From Macrostomum lignano (lineage: Eukaryota), in the NCBI GenBank assembly GCA_002269645.1, contig NIVC01001069.1, forward strand, positions 186,001 through 250,000: a stretch of DNA of 64,000 nucleotides, given 5' to 3'. The translations under genes were made by a program, and so were the position numbers. The notes beneath the pieces are model-generated. The model saw only the letters and a program-made list of their open reading frames with translations, was not told the DNA's origin and did no database searches. The stretch's first letter is position 1, and each line of letters begins with the position of its first letter. This document shows positions 12,954 to 24,757 of the stretch, piece after piece.

Positions 12954-13991
12954 GTAAAGACGAAAAAAAGTATAATTTTTATTATGTAACAATCAATGAC
13001 AAAGTCAATAACGCTCGTACTTGGAACTTAGTGTCTGGATCATAATTAGTACATCTCTTGTATCGCATCTACTACTGCTAATAGCAATGTCAAGTTTTTT
13101 TAACTTGTTAAATTAACAAAACTTTGACAACGACCCACACAAAGCAATCAATAAAGTTTGATAGGAAATGTCTCGTGAAACATTACGGAATGATAAAAAT
13201 ATACATCTTAATACTGCAATATATTTTAATAGATAGTAATAAACAATATCCAGAAGAATTAAAACAAGCCACAGATGAAAATCATATTGCTAGATGCATA
13301 AAATGAACAATTAAACAAGGCAAGGCACATATTGGTTTCAGTTCACAGCGAGGATCACAATAAAAATTAATGACTAATAATCTGGCTAGTTAAGGTGCTT
13401 TGACCTTCAATTGTCTAGTGCAAAAGAAAAGTACGACGGTACCTAAAAATAATAAAATCTTTGGTTTTATCACCAGACCAAAGGAATCGACCGAATTGGA
13501 AATTAAATAAAGCTATTGGGCTCATTATTTATGCAATAATTATGCAATAGTGAGCAAAGAGGATTACATAACTCGTAAATGTTTATTTATTAGTTTTTTA
13601 TTAACAGCTAAGCTGTTTTAAATAACAGAGCTATTGCACACAATCGACATTAAATACTGGATTGCAGACCGTGCAATGACGTCATCGCAACCACTATTTG
13701 ACCTTCAATTGTCCACAATTGGCACCGCAGCACTGCGGTCTGGCGCGCCGCTCTGATGTACCTGCTTGCCAGCGACCCAGGCTCTGCCTTGTGCAATTAA
13801 AGCCATAGAAGTGTACACGTTTAACTATGAAATAAAGTCATAGGGCCGCTGTACACTCTTGTGTGCCTGCTCAGGGGAGTCGGCGGAATGGGCAGTAATG
13901 CCTCTCGCCGCTTAAAGTGCGTCAGGGTGCACAAAGCCCTAGCCTATCTATATAACTAAACTAACACCGATCCTATTTGACCTTCAACTGT

Positions 13992-14990
13992 TCACCTGTC
14001 GGTTTTATCCGCCCCAGTAGCACCAGAAGAATCCGCCGACACAAGCGCCATAGCGGCAGTATAAACGCTAGTAAAAGAATAGCCTTCAGCTCCGAGCATG
14101 TGGCTATCGTCTAGAAAGTACTCAATGTACTTTAAATGGCAGAGCAGAGCCGGCTGGCCGGAGGTGGCCACAACGAATGCCAGCACGGGCACCAGATCGT
14201 CGGCGCCGATTTCGCCGGCCCCGGCGGCCGATCGCATCGCCGCTAAGGCGCTGTTCAGAGTGTCCTGCAACAGTTGGCACTTTGCCAAAGGCGTACCAGG
14301 CGAGGCGCACAGTCGGCGCAGTAGGTCGCGCGATTCCGACAACGGCGCTAAATCGGTTGTTAAACTGTCGAATCGTTGACCGACGCCGCACAGTTTAGCA
14401 ACGGATTCTAACTGAGAGGAGACCTGACAGTCTGCCTGTTTGTCCCCTGCTACTTCGATCATGACAGCGGCCAGTCTGCTGAGATGAGGCCGCAGTACGA
14501 TGGCCAGTCGGGCCAGGGCGCACGACTCCACCCGGGGGGAGAGCAGGCGGCCAGACAGCAGCGCGGAGCACGCGGCCACCTCGTGACTGGCTAATCCGCC
14601 ATCGCTGCCGCCGCCGCCGCAGAGAAGACAGGCGGCCGGAGCCAGCCGACGCAACAGGCGACAGGCGACGCGGCCGACTCTGGCTGAGGAATCGTCGCGA
14701 TCGGCGTCGAGCAGCAGACTGTCGGTCAGGCTCAATAGTTCAACGTCGGGAGCCTCGACAGAGTCGGCAGGGGTTGGCGGCGCTACGGACAGCCGATTGG
14801 CCAGCCGGTCGGAGAATGCGGCAATAAAAGCAGCCAGTGGGTGGTCGGGAATGGACAGCACGTACTGCAGGCGGGCAGGCGGCTGGCCGGCGGATTTCTG
14901 GTACAGCTGATCCCGGTACAGCACCAGGTAGTCGAACTCGCTGCACCGGCAGTACAGGGTGCGCAGCTCGGCGGCATCGATGGCCTTTTC
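13992..14990 (-). CDS. VPS9D1: VPS9 domain-containing protein 1, last coding exon
   Basis: VPS9 GEF motifs IGADDLVPVLAFVV and GAEGYSFTSVYTA; LSIPDHPLA matches the VPS9D1 LSLPDHPIA motif; acceptor cttcaag| at 14991, phase 0. Confidence 0.88.
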   Translation of the reverse strand, partial: EKAIDAAELRTLYCRCSEFDYLVLYRDQLYQKSAGQPPARLQYVLSIPDHPLAAFIAAFSDRLANRLSVAPPTPADSVEAPDVELLSLTDSLLLDADRDDSSARVGRVACRLLRRLAPAACLLCGGGGSDGGLASHEVAACSALLSGRLLSPRVESCALARLAIVLRPHLSRLAAVMIEVAGDKQADCQVSSQLESVAKLCGVGQRFDSLTTDLAPLSESRDLLRRLCASPGTPLAKCQLLQDTLNSALAAMRSAAGAGEIGADDLVPVLAFVVATSGQPALLCHLKYIEYFLDDSHMLGAEGYSFTSVYTAAMALVSADSSGATGADKTDR

Positions 14991-15007
14991 CTTGAAGGGG
15001 GTGGGGG

Positions 15008-15535
15008 CACCGAATCTTATCGCCTCTGACACTGAATCTTATCGCCTCTGACAGTGAATCGTATCGCCTCTGACAGTGAATCGTATCGCCTCTGACACTG
15101 AATCTGATCGCCTCTGACACCGAATCTGATCGCCTCTGACACTGAATCTTATCGCCTCTGACACCGAATCTTATCGCCTCTGACACTGAATCTTATCCCC
15201 TCTGACACTGAATCTTATCCCCTCTGACACTGAATCTTATCGCCTCTGACACCGAATCTTATTGCCTCTGACACCGAATCTTATCGCCTCTGACACCGAA
15301 TCTTATCGCCTCTGACACCGAATCTTATCGCCTCTGACACCGAATCTTATCCCCTCTGACACTGAATCTTATCGCCTCTGGCACCGAATCTTATCGCCTC
15401 TGACACCGAATCTCATCACCCCTGACATCGAATCTTATCTATCTAACCTGACACCGAATCTGATCACCCCTGACATCGAGTCTTATCTATCTAACCTGAC
15501 ACCGAATCTGATCACACCTGACACCGAATCTTATC
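15008..15535. repeat. 22-bp minisatellite (GACACCGAATCTTATCGCCTCT)n filling the VPS9D1 intron
   Basis: Tandem unit read directly; starts ~17 bp from the acceptor. Confidence 0.95.
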
Positions 15536-15600
15536 CTAGCAATAATTATCAAACACTGACTGACACAAAGGAAAATATCACAGAATCCTTAAAGCCAAAC

Positions 15601-16266
15601 CTCATCAGACTCCACAGGTCCGTCATCATATTCGAATACCTCCGTATGCAGCTGAAACAGGCGGCTACAGTCGGTCCGTTTAGCCAGCAGATCATCCTGC
15701 AGAGCCTGTTCAAAAGCCGCCTGTTTCGGCTTAGCCAACTGCAAATTCTCTTCTATTCGGCGTTGCAAAGCCAGGTGTAAATTAACCCGGCGTGGGTCAC
15801 CTTTGGGCAGGGCGCTGGTCCTAGCCAGATGGGCGCTGTAGAGCCGCCTGTTCAGCTCCATCGCTTCTTGCATGGGGGATTTACGCGGACCAAGATAGGC
15901 TGGAGCTGGAGGAAGTGGAGAAGAGGCAGTACCCGCAAGCTGCGCCGGAGTCTGGGCCGCTGCTTGATGAGGCGGCGGCTTACCCGGTTGCTGGGGTGTC
16001 CGATTACCAGGAGGGGCGGCATTTAATAACGCGTCGCTTCGTTCTAAACACAATTTCATCAATCGCATCAACTTCCGCTGCTCATCCAACTGTTGAGCTG
16101 ATAATTGAGCAACTGGGACAGCCTGAGAGGCGGCAGCAGCAGCTGAAGCAACAGCCGCAGCCAGGACCTGCTGCATGCAGGCTAAATAAGGGAAATAGCA
16201 TCGTTCGCTTTGGCCTTGTTCGTCCTGACGGAGAACGTCTAGGACTGCCGTCACGGCCGTCTGTGA
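15601..16266 (-). CDS. VPS9D1: VPS9D1 first visible coding exon (MIT-like N-terminus); no ATG, starts at a phase-0 acceptor
   Basis: LMKLCLERS, SPMQEAMELNRRLYSAH and LALQRRIEENLQLAK parallel human VPS9D1 motifs; donor GTTTGG at 15600; acceptors ctgcag| 16267 and cacag| 16261; in-frame TAA at 16284-16282. Confidence 0.85.
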
Positions 16267-16384
16267 CTGCAGCGGAATTTTTTAATCAAATCAAAATTTG
16301 CGGTATAATAAGTTATTCTTTTACGCCAATAATAGTTCCAATCCAAAAAGCACTGCATCTTGAGAACCTTTCCGGGAGTCAATC

Positions 16385-16915
16385 ATCTAGATAAACTTTC
16401 CTAGAAACCGTTATGTAGATAAACTTTCCTAGAATCTGTCATCTAGAAAACTTTTCCTAGAATCAGTCATCTAGAGACCTTTTCCTAGAATCTGTCATCT
16501 AGAGAACTTTTCCTAGAATCAGTCATCTGGAGAACTTTTCCTAGAATCTGTCATCTGGAGAACTTTTCCTAGAATCAGTCATCTAGAGACCTTTTCCTAG
16601 AATCAGTCATCTGGAGAACTTTTCCTAGAATCTGTCATCTAGAGAATCTTTCCTAGAATCAGTCATCTAGAGACCTTTTCCTAGAATCTGTCATCTAGAG
16701 AATCTTTCCTAGAATCAGTCATCTAGAGACATTTTCCTAGAATCAATCATCTAGAGAATTCTTTCTTAGAATCCATCATCTAGAACTTTTCCTAGAATCC
16801 ACCATCTAGAGAATTCTTTCCTAGAATCAGTCATCTAAAGAACTTTTCCTAGAATCAATCATCTAGAAAATCATTCCAAGAATCTGTCATCTATACAACC
16901 ATTCCTAGAATCAAT
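16385..16915. repeat. 28-bp minisatellite (TCTAGAGAACTTTTCCTAGAATCAGTCA)n between rpL13 and VPS9D1
   Basis: Tandem unit read directly. Confidence 0.92.
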
Positions 16916-17058
16916 AAAGAACATTTCTCAGAATTCCTAGAAAAAACATTTTAGAAACTTTCGTATTTCCGCATAACAGAAAAAAAAACTAGAAAGACTT
17001 GAAATTTTTAATCCATCAATCAAATTGGGCACGCGCAAGTGTATTTAACGGTGTCAAT

Positions 17059-17064
17059 TTTATT
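17059..17064 (-). terminator. Putative rpL13 polyadenylation signal AATAAA, followed by a U-rich tract at ~16975-17000
   Basis: AATAAA on minus ~85 bp after the rpL13 stop; TCTTTCTAGTTTTTTTTTCTG downstream. Confidence 0.6.
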
Positions 17065-17147
17065 CAAGTTGTTAGTTAAGCTTTTAACGCACAAAGTGAG
17101 AAACAGCCACCATTAGATCAGCTATATAGCTCAGCTTAGTTAACTCA

Positions 17148-17771
17148 TCACTTCTTCTCCTTCTCAGCCTGCTCGGCTTTCTTCTTGCGCAGTCCGTCGA
17201 GCCGCTTGTTCGCCCGAGCCTGTCGGATAGCGTGGAAGGCGTGGAACTTCTTGTCGTCCTCCGATTGGACGCGAGCCTTCACGCGGCGCAGTCGGCGGCC
17301 CGGAGCCACCACAGGCGGCAGCGGACGCTGTACAACAGACCGGAGCTCCTCCTCCGAAGCTTCGCCAGCCTTCGGCGCCTTGGGATTCTTCGGGAATAGG
17401 ATCAGCTTGCCGCGGTAGGCCTTCAATCGCTGGGCATTGCGCTGCAGACTCTCGGCTGAGCGATTCTTGCGCCGATGATCAACGGCGATGCCGATGGTTT
17501 GGGCGAGTCGGCGATTGATGCCGGCGGCCTTGAGCTCGTCCAGGCTGAAGCCGCGGCCGGGGCGGACACGCATGTTGTACCTGATGGTCTGGCAGCGGAC
17601 CACCGGGCGAAGAGGCCCGTTCACTGGCCGGGGCGCTATAAGGCGCGCCTTCTCGACGCGAGCTTTACGACGGCGCTCCTTGCGAGCGGGCTGGTTGAAC
17701 CAGGTGCGAACAAAGCGCTGCCAGTCCTTGTGGAAGTGGGCATTCGGTATGATGTTCTTGCGCTTCACCAT
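17148..17771 (-). CDS. RPL13: 60S ribosomal protein L13 (eL13), 207 aa, uninterrupted CDS
   Basis: [31 protein letters not shown]...[14 protein letters not shown]...[17 protein letters not shown]; ATG at 17771; acceptor ttttccag|cag| just upstream. Confidence 0.98.
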   Translation of the reverse strand: MVKRKNIIPNAHFHKDWQRFVRTWFNQPARKERRRKARVEKARLIAPRPVNGPLRPVVRCQTIRYNMRVRPGRGFSLDELKAAGINRRLAQTIGIAVDHRRKNRSAESLQRNAQRLKAYRGKLILFPKNPKAPKAGEASEEELRSVVQRPLPPVVAPGRRLRRVKARVQSEDDKKFHAFHAIRQARANKRLDGLRKKKAEQAEKEKK

Positions 17772-17919
17772 GGCGACCGGAACTGCTGGAAAATGTGCAA
17801 TTGCAAAAGTCAAACTTTGTTATTACTATGAGTAGGTTGACTGGATTATTTGTTTTTTTATTGAAGAAGTTAGATCTAAACTATTAGTTAGAGGACTCAA
17901 ATGGGGACCTTTGACCAAC

Positions 17920-18300
17920 ATTTCTGAGCTAAAGGATATTGATGCTATTCAAACAAATTTCTACAAATACCTTTTCAACCTACCGAAGCATCTTTTTAGC
18001 AATAGTATTATTTAAGCTGAGCTCAGCATCTTGCCAATTTCCTACACCAGATCCATAAAGCCTTTTAAATTTATTTAGTTAAAACTAAGACACAAAAACA
18101 CTAGCAACACCCCCATTGAACTCTGAAGCAAACACAAGCTCACAAAATCTATGGAAAATTAATAATGTAACTAAAATACTACATGGCATCAATTTGGAAT
18201 GCATGACCACAATGAACCCAGACAAAAAATCTCTGTTTTACATTACCTTCCCACTCCCAAATCTTATATACATGCCAGAAAATTCCAACATATAACAGAT
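17920..18300 (+). mobile_element. Highly decayed non-LTR retrotransposon C-terminal fragment
   Basis: Broken translation DIDAIQTNFYKYLFNLPK...N...AELSILPI resembles the L2/CR1-type ORF2 tail. Confidence 0.4.
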
Positions 18301-20160
18301 AAATTTTACTATATGAATGATATATAGCTGATACAACTGCATAATCTTGTAGTTGACAATAATAATTGTGAGTGGCTGTGGTGCTAAAATGAGTGCCTAC
18401 GGCACTAAAATGGGACCTGCAGCACCAATCTATGACATTGTTTTAATAATTAACTTATTTTATATAAAAAATGATCAATTTTTGCAATTGATTTGTTACT
18501 AATATTACTGCATGCCATAGGTTAAATGTTCTGATGCAAATATTCCATGCAAATGTGTCATCCATATGCATACTTAACTCAAATTCTAACCCATATACAT
18601 CTGTGTGTTGATGAATCTTGAGCATATGTGTGTTATGTGACCATATCTGCATTTATATTGGTCTAGCAAAATGCATTAAGAACAAGAACTACACTATAGT
18701 CCCTATGGAGTCATGAAAATTAGTGAACTGTGTGCACAAGTTCCTATTCCCCTACCTTGCTATACGCAGTCAACCAAAGCTGATTCCCTATAACAAGTCT
18801 TGATATCCAGTTATGCTCTTGGAGAATATCATGCACGATTCACATGCATCATGCCATATTGTATAATGCATTTCACTCTGTCATGCTTAATACTAGGCTT
18901 CTGTAAGCTGGTCTAAAAGGAAGCAATACCTATCAAAGAAATGGAAAAATGCTATATGTTCTATTTCTATGACATATGTTATTCTAATTCAAATCCAAAA
19001 AGAAACATTGTATCATACTTATCAGTCATTAGTACTTAGTGAGTTGCAAGATTTAGATTTGACTAAGCTTGAAAAGAAGACTTTTGACTCATTATAATCA
19101 ATTATTCTTTACATGTATAATTTTTGTTTTAGGAATACATTATAATATATGTTTTTTTTGTGTTTGCAATGTTTTTAATTGCAATTTTTAGTGGCAACAT
19201 AGGGCAAGAACAAATGTCATTTTAGGCTAGCAAAGCATTGTTTAGATTGCTATTTTATGGAAGTTTAAACAGAATCCAAAATCTTAAAATAATCAAGATA
19301 GCATATTTATTATTGAAGTTTCATACTTTTGATTTTTATCATTTTCATTTAGAAATAAAAAAAACAAATTTTGATCAAATTGTTTGTGTGGTCTAACTTG
19401 AAAAATTATTGAAAACATTTTATATTTCTTGTAATTTTCTAATAAATAAACAAAGCACCTTTGCTCATGTTTGAATTTATCATCAAATGTAAACCAAAAA
19501 TAAGTAAAGGCTCTAACATTTTGACTTTTATCAATAAATAAACTTGAAATAAAAAACTATTTTAAGAAATCTAGTCATTTCTAGAAATTAAATTAGAAAT
19601 GAAATGTATTATAACAATTGATTATGACAATTCATATTTTATAAGTCAGAAATGTTATTATTGATCAAACATAATATATACTTAGAAAGTTAGTAAAGTA
19701 ACCATTGATCAAACATTGTATACTTGGGAAGTCAGTAAAGTAACCATTAATAAAACATTGCATATTGGGAAAATAAATAAAGTAGGCCTAACTATAAAAA
19801 ACATGACATACTTTCTAAAACAACTATATATCCATTAGAATAAAACATGGAGACTTTTAAAGTAGGCCTATTCCTACAACTTACATGGTAAACTTGGCAA
19901 ATATATATATTATTACTTGCAATTAAAGACCAATGTCTATTTTCCAAGTACTTTCCAAGTTAGTAGTGCTTTTTCTAGGTATTAACTAGGCCTAATAACT
20001 AGGCTTTGCCTATCAAGTTAGTCATCTCCAATGGCGGATCCATAAAAGGGGAGGTTGCCTCCCCCTTTTGCCATGGCAAAACTTGCATATAAGGGGGGTA
20101 TTGCACTCTTTGGCTTATTTAGAGTTAGGCCAATCTACCCAGGATTGCCACTCCCCTAGG

Positions 20161-20708
20161 AATTACAATCACTTTGGCAACAAGTCACTTTGGCGACAGT
20201 CACTTTGGTGATAAGTCACTTTGGTGACAGTCATTTTGGTAACACATTTGGATAACTTTGGCAACAATTAATAACAGCTAAAGGACATATTTTTGCCAAT
20301 GAAACTTCACAACTAAAAAGTGTGATTCATCCTGCCCCCTCCACGCCTCATGCCACCTTTCTCATCCCTATTCTAATTGGTTAACATACGAGTACATAGT
20401 AGGCGTAGGCCTAATGCATGCACATTTATAATCCCCCGCTAGAGCTTGTATTAAACTGCCTTCTACTTATTAAATTGAGAATAAATATACCTAGCTAAAT
20501 ACCTAAATATATATAAATATAAATTTGTGTTGCTTTTTTAATCATGCAGTTTCATTGGCAAAAATTATTATATTCTAAATGCATTTTTAGCTGTTATTAA
20601 TTGTTACCAAAGTGATCCAAATGTGTTGCCAAAATGATTGTCGCCAAAGTGACTTGTTGCCGAAGTGACTGTCACCAAAGTGACCTGTCGCCGAAGTGAT
20701 CGGTGACC
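20161..20708. mobile_element. MITE with ~140-bp inverted arms built of TCACTTCGGCGAC units and a 9-10-bp TSD (Mutator-like by TSD length)
   Basis: (C)TCCCCTAGG at 20151-20160 and 20708-20717; arms ~20168-20306 and ~20549-20700 are reverse complements. Confidence 0.8.
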
Positions 20709-20949
20709 TCCCCTAGGAGCCTAGGCCTACTTTAAAAATCCTGGATCTATTACGGGTTATTTCAAGGTTTTTTTGCTGAAAAATTTAGTTTTTTGTGGCC
20801 ATGGTGGGGTTAGTTAATTGGCAGTTAATGAAGTGATCATAGGCAAAAATAAAAACTTTTAAAAAATGAGCTCTAGCCTCCAAGTACAACTTACAAGTCT
20901 AATATTAGACTTGTAAAACATATTTATAAATCAACCTACAAAGGCTGCC

Positions 20950-21431
20950 GGCATAACTATGGTTTTGTTCGTTATATTATTTTATTTAAAAAAGCAACAA
21001 GTTCTTAGAGATTACGACAAACTGTACTCAGAGAAGTTCAGAAAAGATGACCCACCACCAAAAAAGTTTAAATTAGAGTTCGAAGTCACGAGAAAGATAA
21101 TTAAGGGATAATAATGTGACACCCAGTAGAGAAAGTTGCCAAACACATTCCATGGATATAGACGGCGCCACAGAAATTCCTGCAGATGAGTTTCGAATAG
21201 ACCATCACTCGTCCCATACATATTGCGAAACTTTGCCTTGCAATGCGCCCACGTTCCCTCGATAGTGTTTGTATGAACCTTTGGGTCCTGGGGGTCCACA
21301 AAATGGAGCCGGTGGTTTACAGACGCGTGGAATGATTGTCGTAGGAGCCGGTGGTCGTCCAGCCATTTTTTCGTACGCTGGAACAAATTTGAAACAAGAA
21401 ATAATATAACGAACGAAACCATAGTTATGCC
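20950..21431 (-). mobile_element. Internally deleted Merlin (IS1595-like) DNA transposon
   Basis: TIR GGCATAACTATGGTTTyGTTCGTTAT; 8-bp TSD AGGCTGCC (20942-20949, 21432-21439); transposase C-terminus VNH...FVDP...HTNTIEGTW...LQEFLWRR. Confidence 0.9.
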
Positions 21432-21712
21432 AGGCTGCCTACTACCTACTACTATTAGAAAGGGACATAATCATTGTCCAAACTGGCATCATTATAATAT
21501 GCCGTGTTTTCTAGGTCAAATTTGTAGACAAGACATTGAGAAGTTATGCCAAATTTGTAGACAAGACATTGACAAGACACTGACTGTCTGACTTGAACTA
21601 GCCTAGAACTAGTGAAGGCTCTGTTGCCCTCGCAATGAGTCCTCATCAGATTCAGCAACATACTGAATAACATGGATAGGCCTACTAGAATTAAACTAGA
21701 AAACTTGCAAAC

Positions 21713-22075
21713 GAAAGAGGTCCTTAAAACGTTCTAAGGACTAGGGCTAGCCTAACAAATTACAATTTCAAACTTATACTAAGACAGGCAATGATTAGTC
21801 TGCTTTAAGCAGCTAGACGTGTAGAAACATGAAATCTTGCTTGCTTGGCCTACAAATGATTTAAAATTGTTACAATGTATAACAAACCAAAATTCTCTAT
21901 AATTAAGCAACGTCAGTTGTTAAAAGACATTATGTAATTATACTTATTTAAAAATATTCTTTTATTAAAGTCTACTAATATTGTAATTACAGTTTTTAAT
22001 ATAACGAAAAGTCTGTTGAAATATTTCAAGAAAAAAATACTAATGCTATAGCAAGCAACTTTGCAAGCCTCTCAC
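21713..22075. promoter_or_regulatory. Candidate bidirectional promoter with TOP/TCT-type starts: rpL13 (minus, CCTCTTTC 21720-21713) and rpL36 (plus, CTTTGCAAGCCTCTCAC|GTAAGG, donor 22076)
   Basis: Pyrimidine initiator motifs typical of ribosomal protein genes, each followed by a possible donor and pointing at an RP gene whose ATG is preceded by an acceptor. Confidence 0.55.
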
Positions 22076-22932
22076 GTAAGGCGGGCGGTCGGGAGTCGGG
22101 ACTAACAATAGCTGGCTATGCCACTATGCTAGCCTGCTTAAAGATGAACATCGAATACTAAACTTTGTCTTATACTAAGTTACTAAGTTTTTACATATTT
22201 TGCCGTTAGATAAGGTCTAAGTCTAAGCCCTAAAAGGGAGACTAAGGTCTAGGCCTACTATCTGATGATCTAAATATTTGATAATTAGGCTTAAGTCAGA
22301 AATTTTAGGTCTTTATATTTTATTAGGCCTCATTGCCCCCCTAGGCCAAACTTTAAAGTTCACTAATAAAATATAAAAAATAATTGTTTCATCTTAGACT
22401 TAGGCCTAGTTAGAATTAGATTAGAATTATAGGCCTATATAAAATTAAAATAGGCCTATTAAAATAGGCCTGGGGGGACTAATATTAGAAAAAAGCAAAG
22501 AATATTTCATATTTGCATTTCATATGCCCTTATGATACTTTTTATGTATTATGTAAAGATGCATTGCCCAAAATTTCTCCTCATGGCAATGACCCATGGC
22601 AATGGCCGGCCATTGCCTAGAATTCCAATTCCAATGCAACCAATTAATTCAAGCCAGTTTTTATCCAGCATCTTGCAAAGCATATTTTGCATCAGTCAAT
22701 TCAAAACGTTTATTTTAAGATGTAAATAATTAAACTGGCACAGGAATTGCAAAATCGACAGTACAAAAAGCACAGTGTCAGTATACCATGTAAACTTTTT
22801 TGTCGATGATGAACATCATACTGGTTGTTAAAGTCATTAAATAAAAAATATTAAACTAGACTGTCGTTCTTATTCTTTCAGTAATTCTACGAGTACAATT
22901 TACTGATTCCTGTAGAAGTAAAGATTGCATGC

Positions 22933-24521
22933 CTAATTAATGGAACATCCATGAAAGGTGCAATTGTTGAAGGCAAACTTTATACCAACAGAATAGGCAG
23001 CTTCAGTGCTAACACTAACCTCCATTGATACTGCAATCTCACCGACGATCTCAATAGCATCAGCATGTTCGGGTGGCCCAGCTTCTTGCTCTAGATCATG
23101 ACGATTCAACGCCACCTGAACAGACTCACTCGTCTTTTGAAGCAACCGGTCGCGACGCTTGGCTAGGTACCTCCTAGTCGTTCGCTCGCTCAGCTGTCCA
23201 GTAATGCTCATTATATCGCTCATGCTGTGCCCTGCCACCTCGAGATCGCATATTCGCGTGACCCTGTTTTAGAGTGCAAATTTATATAGTTGGATTCATG
23301 AGTAATTGGTAACATAACATGTATCATAACATAATTAAAGTTACTATTATTAATTTATCAGTCTTAGCAAATGCAATGATTCGTGTAGGTCTTCGCAAGT
23401 CCCGCCTTCGTACTCAAGTTTCTCATGAAGCCACTCAGATAATTCTGAGTTAGAATTATCAGAATTATCAGAATCAGAATTATCAAAATTATTAGAGTTC
23501 CATGGTTCTGCTTCGAGGAGAAAACAGGGCCTCCATCGTTGCGGCTTGCCAAAGGATGAGGAAACAGATTGTTGTCCTTCGTTGTAACTGGAAGCAGCTT
23601 GAGGTATTTCTCCACCTTTTCCACGTTGTAAATTCTGGCCTGCTTGTTGTCTGGCTGCTTCTTGGCCTTCTCTGGATCTGCTAAATTATTTTTCGAGGGC
23701 AATGGAGGCAGACAGTAAAACGGCTTTCCTTCAGAGTCGATGTGCAATTGAAGTGAGCTTCTATCCTTCAAGAACTTGAGGTGCTCCTGGCCTCGCTCGC
23801 CAAAGCTGTATATGATGTAGAATAAGAATTTGTCCTACTCAACTTCAGCTGTGCTGCCTTGGAAGTAGATCATCAGCTTCCTCATGTCCCCCTCCTCGAT
23901 TGGCTCAAACTGCTGCGTCCTCCCACCACTCTGGTGAAAGTCTCGAACCTTCACATGCAGCATGCTATTTGCAGAAGAAAAGTCTTCTCCATTGATGATG
24001 TCAACGGTTAGCTTCTTGATCATCCGCAAATAGCGCTGCAGTCCAGCCCTGATGCACACCAGCAATGCGGGCAAGTAAGGTTCGCCGTCAATCTTCTTCA
24101 GTTTAAAGTAGAAGTAGCGAATGTATTGGTTGAGCACCGAATTCGGAATGGTTTGTAAATAGCGCTGAAGATTTTCCTCTGTGAGGAATGTCTTGAACCG
24201 CTGTCCATGGCTAATCATCTGCTTCCTGCTGTCTGCTGGTAGGCTGTCAATCTTGGCAATGTCCATGGCGCTGATATCTACGCCGCCTTCCTGCAAGAGC
24301 GGCAGATGCTCATCGGGCTCCGGCTTCTTTTGAATGAATTCGAGAAATCTAGCAAACTCGTTGTCCCTTCTGTCATTGTAAGAAGCCTCCAAAACAAAAT
24401 TCAATTCGTCCTTAGTCACGTTGCCCAGCTCACTGCAGGGCAAATGCTTCCAATTAATGAGCAGTGCCTCCATCTCTGCAGCCGTCCGCTTTTCTCTATC
24501 TGAGATTTGACCTCTTGACAT
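22933..24521 (-). mobile_element. Decayed Crypton-type tyrosine recombinase (DUF3504/ZMYM-like), with a remnant intron
   Basis: One frame 24521-23364 with TAG at 23837-23835: FKLKKIDGEPY...LQRYL...FGERGQEHLKFL...FMRNLSTKAGLAKTYTNHCI; after an AT-rich intron ending aaacag| it continues VTRICDLEVAGHSMSDIMSITGQLSERTTRRY. Confidence 0.82.
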
Positions 24522-24757
24522 GCAAATATTTATATTTGTAATTAATTTAGGGGTGGGTGCAGAGTAAGGGGTGGGTGACTTCAGGTGTGCGACTTAAAGG
24601 TGAGACATAGGCGAGGTGGAGGTAACCTTATCTCAAACCCCCTTAGAAGCATTGACTGATAAGAATTCAAGATAGTGTACATAAAGTGCGTAGATTATGT
24701 AAGAGTTTTGAAATTTTAAGTCAATTGCATTGCTATTGCTATTGCATTGGTATCACA

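Noticed and set aside
21600-21655. CTGATGAG on minus resembling a hammerhead core
   Set aside because: No stem II followed by GAAA
22807-22904. C/D-box snoRNA-like ATGATGA...CTGA in the predicted rpL36 intron
   Set aside because: No terminal stem or clear antisense rRNA guide; it abuts the Crypton 3' end. A snoscan search would be needed
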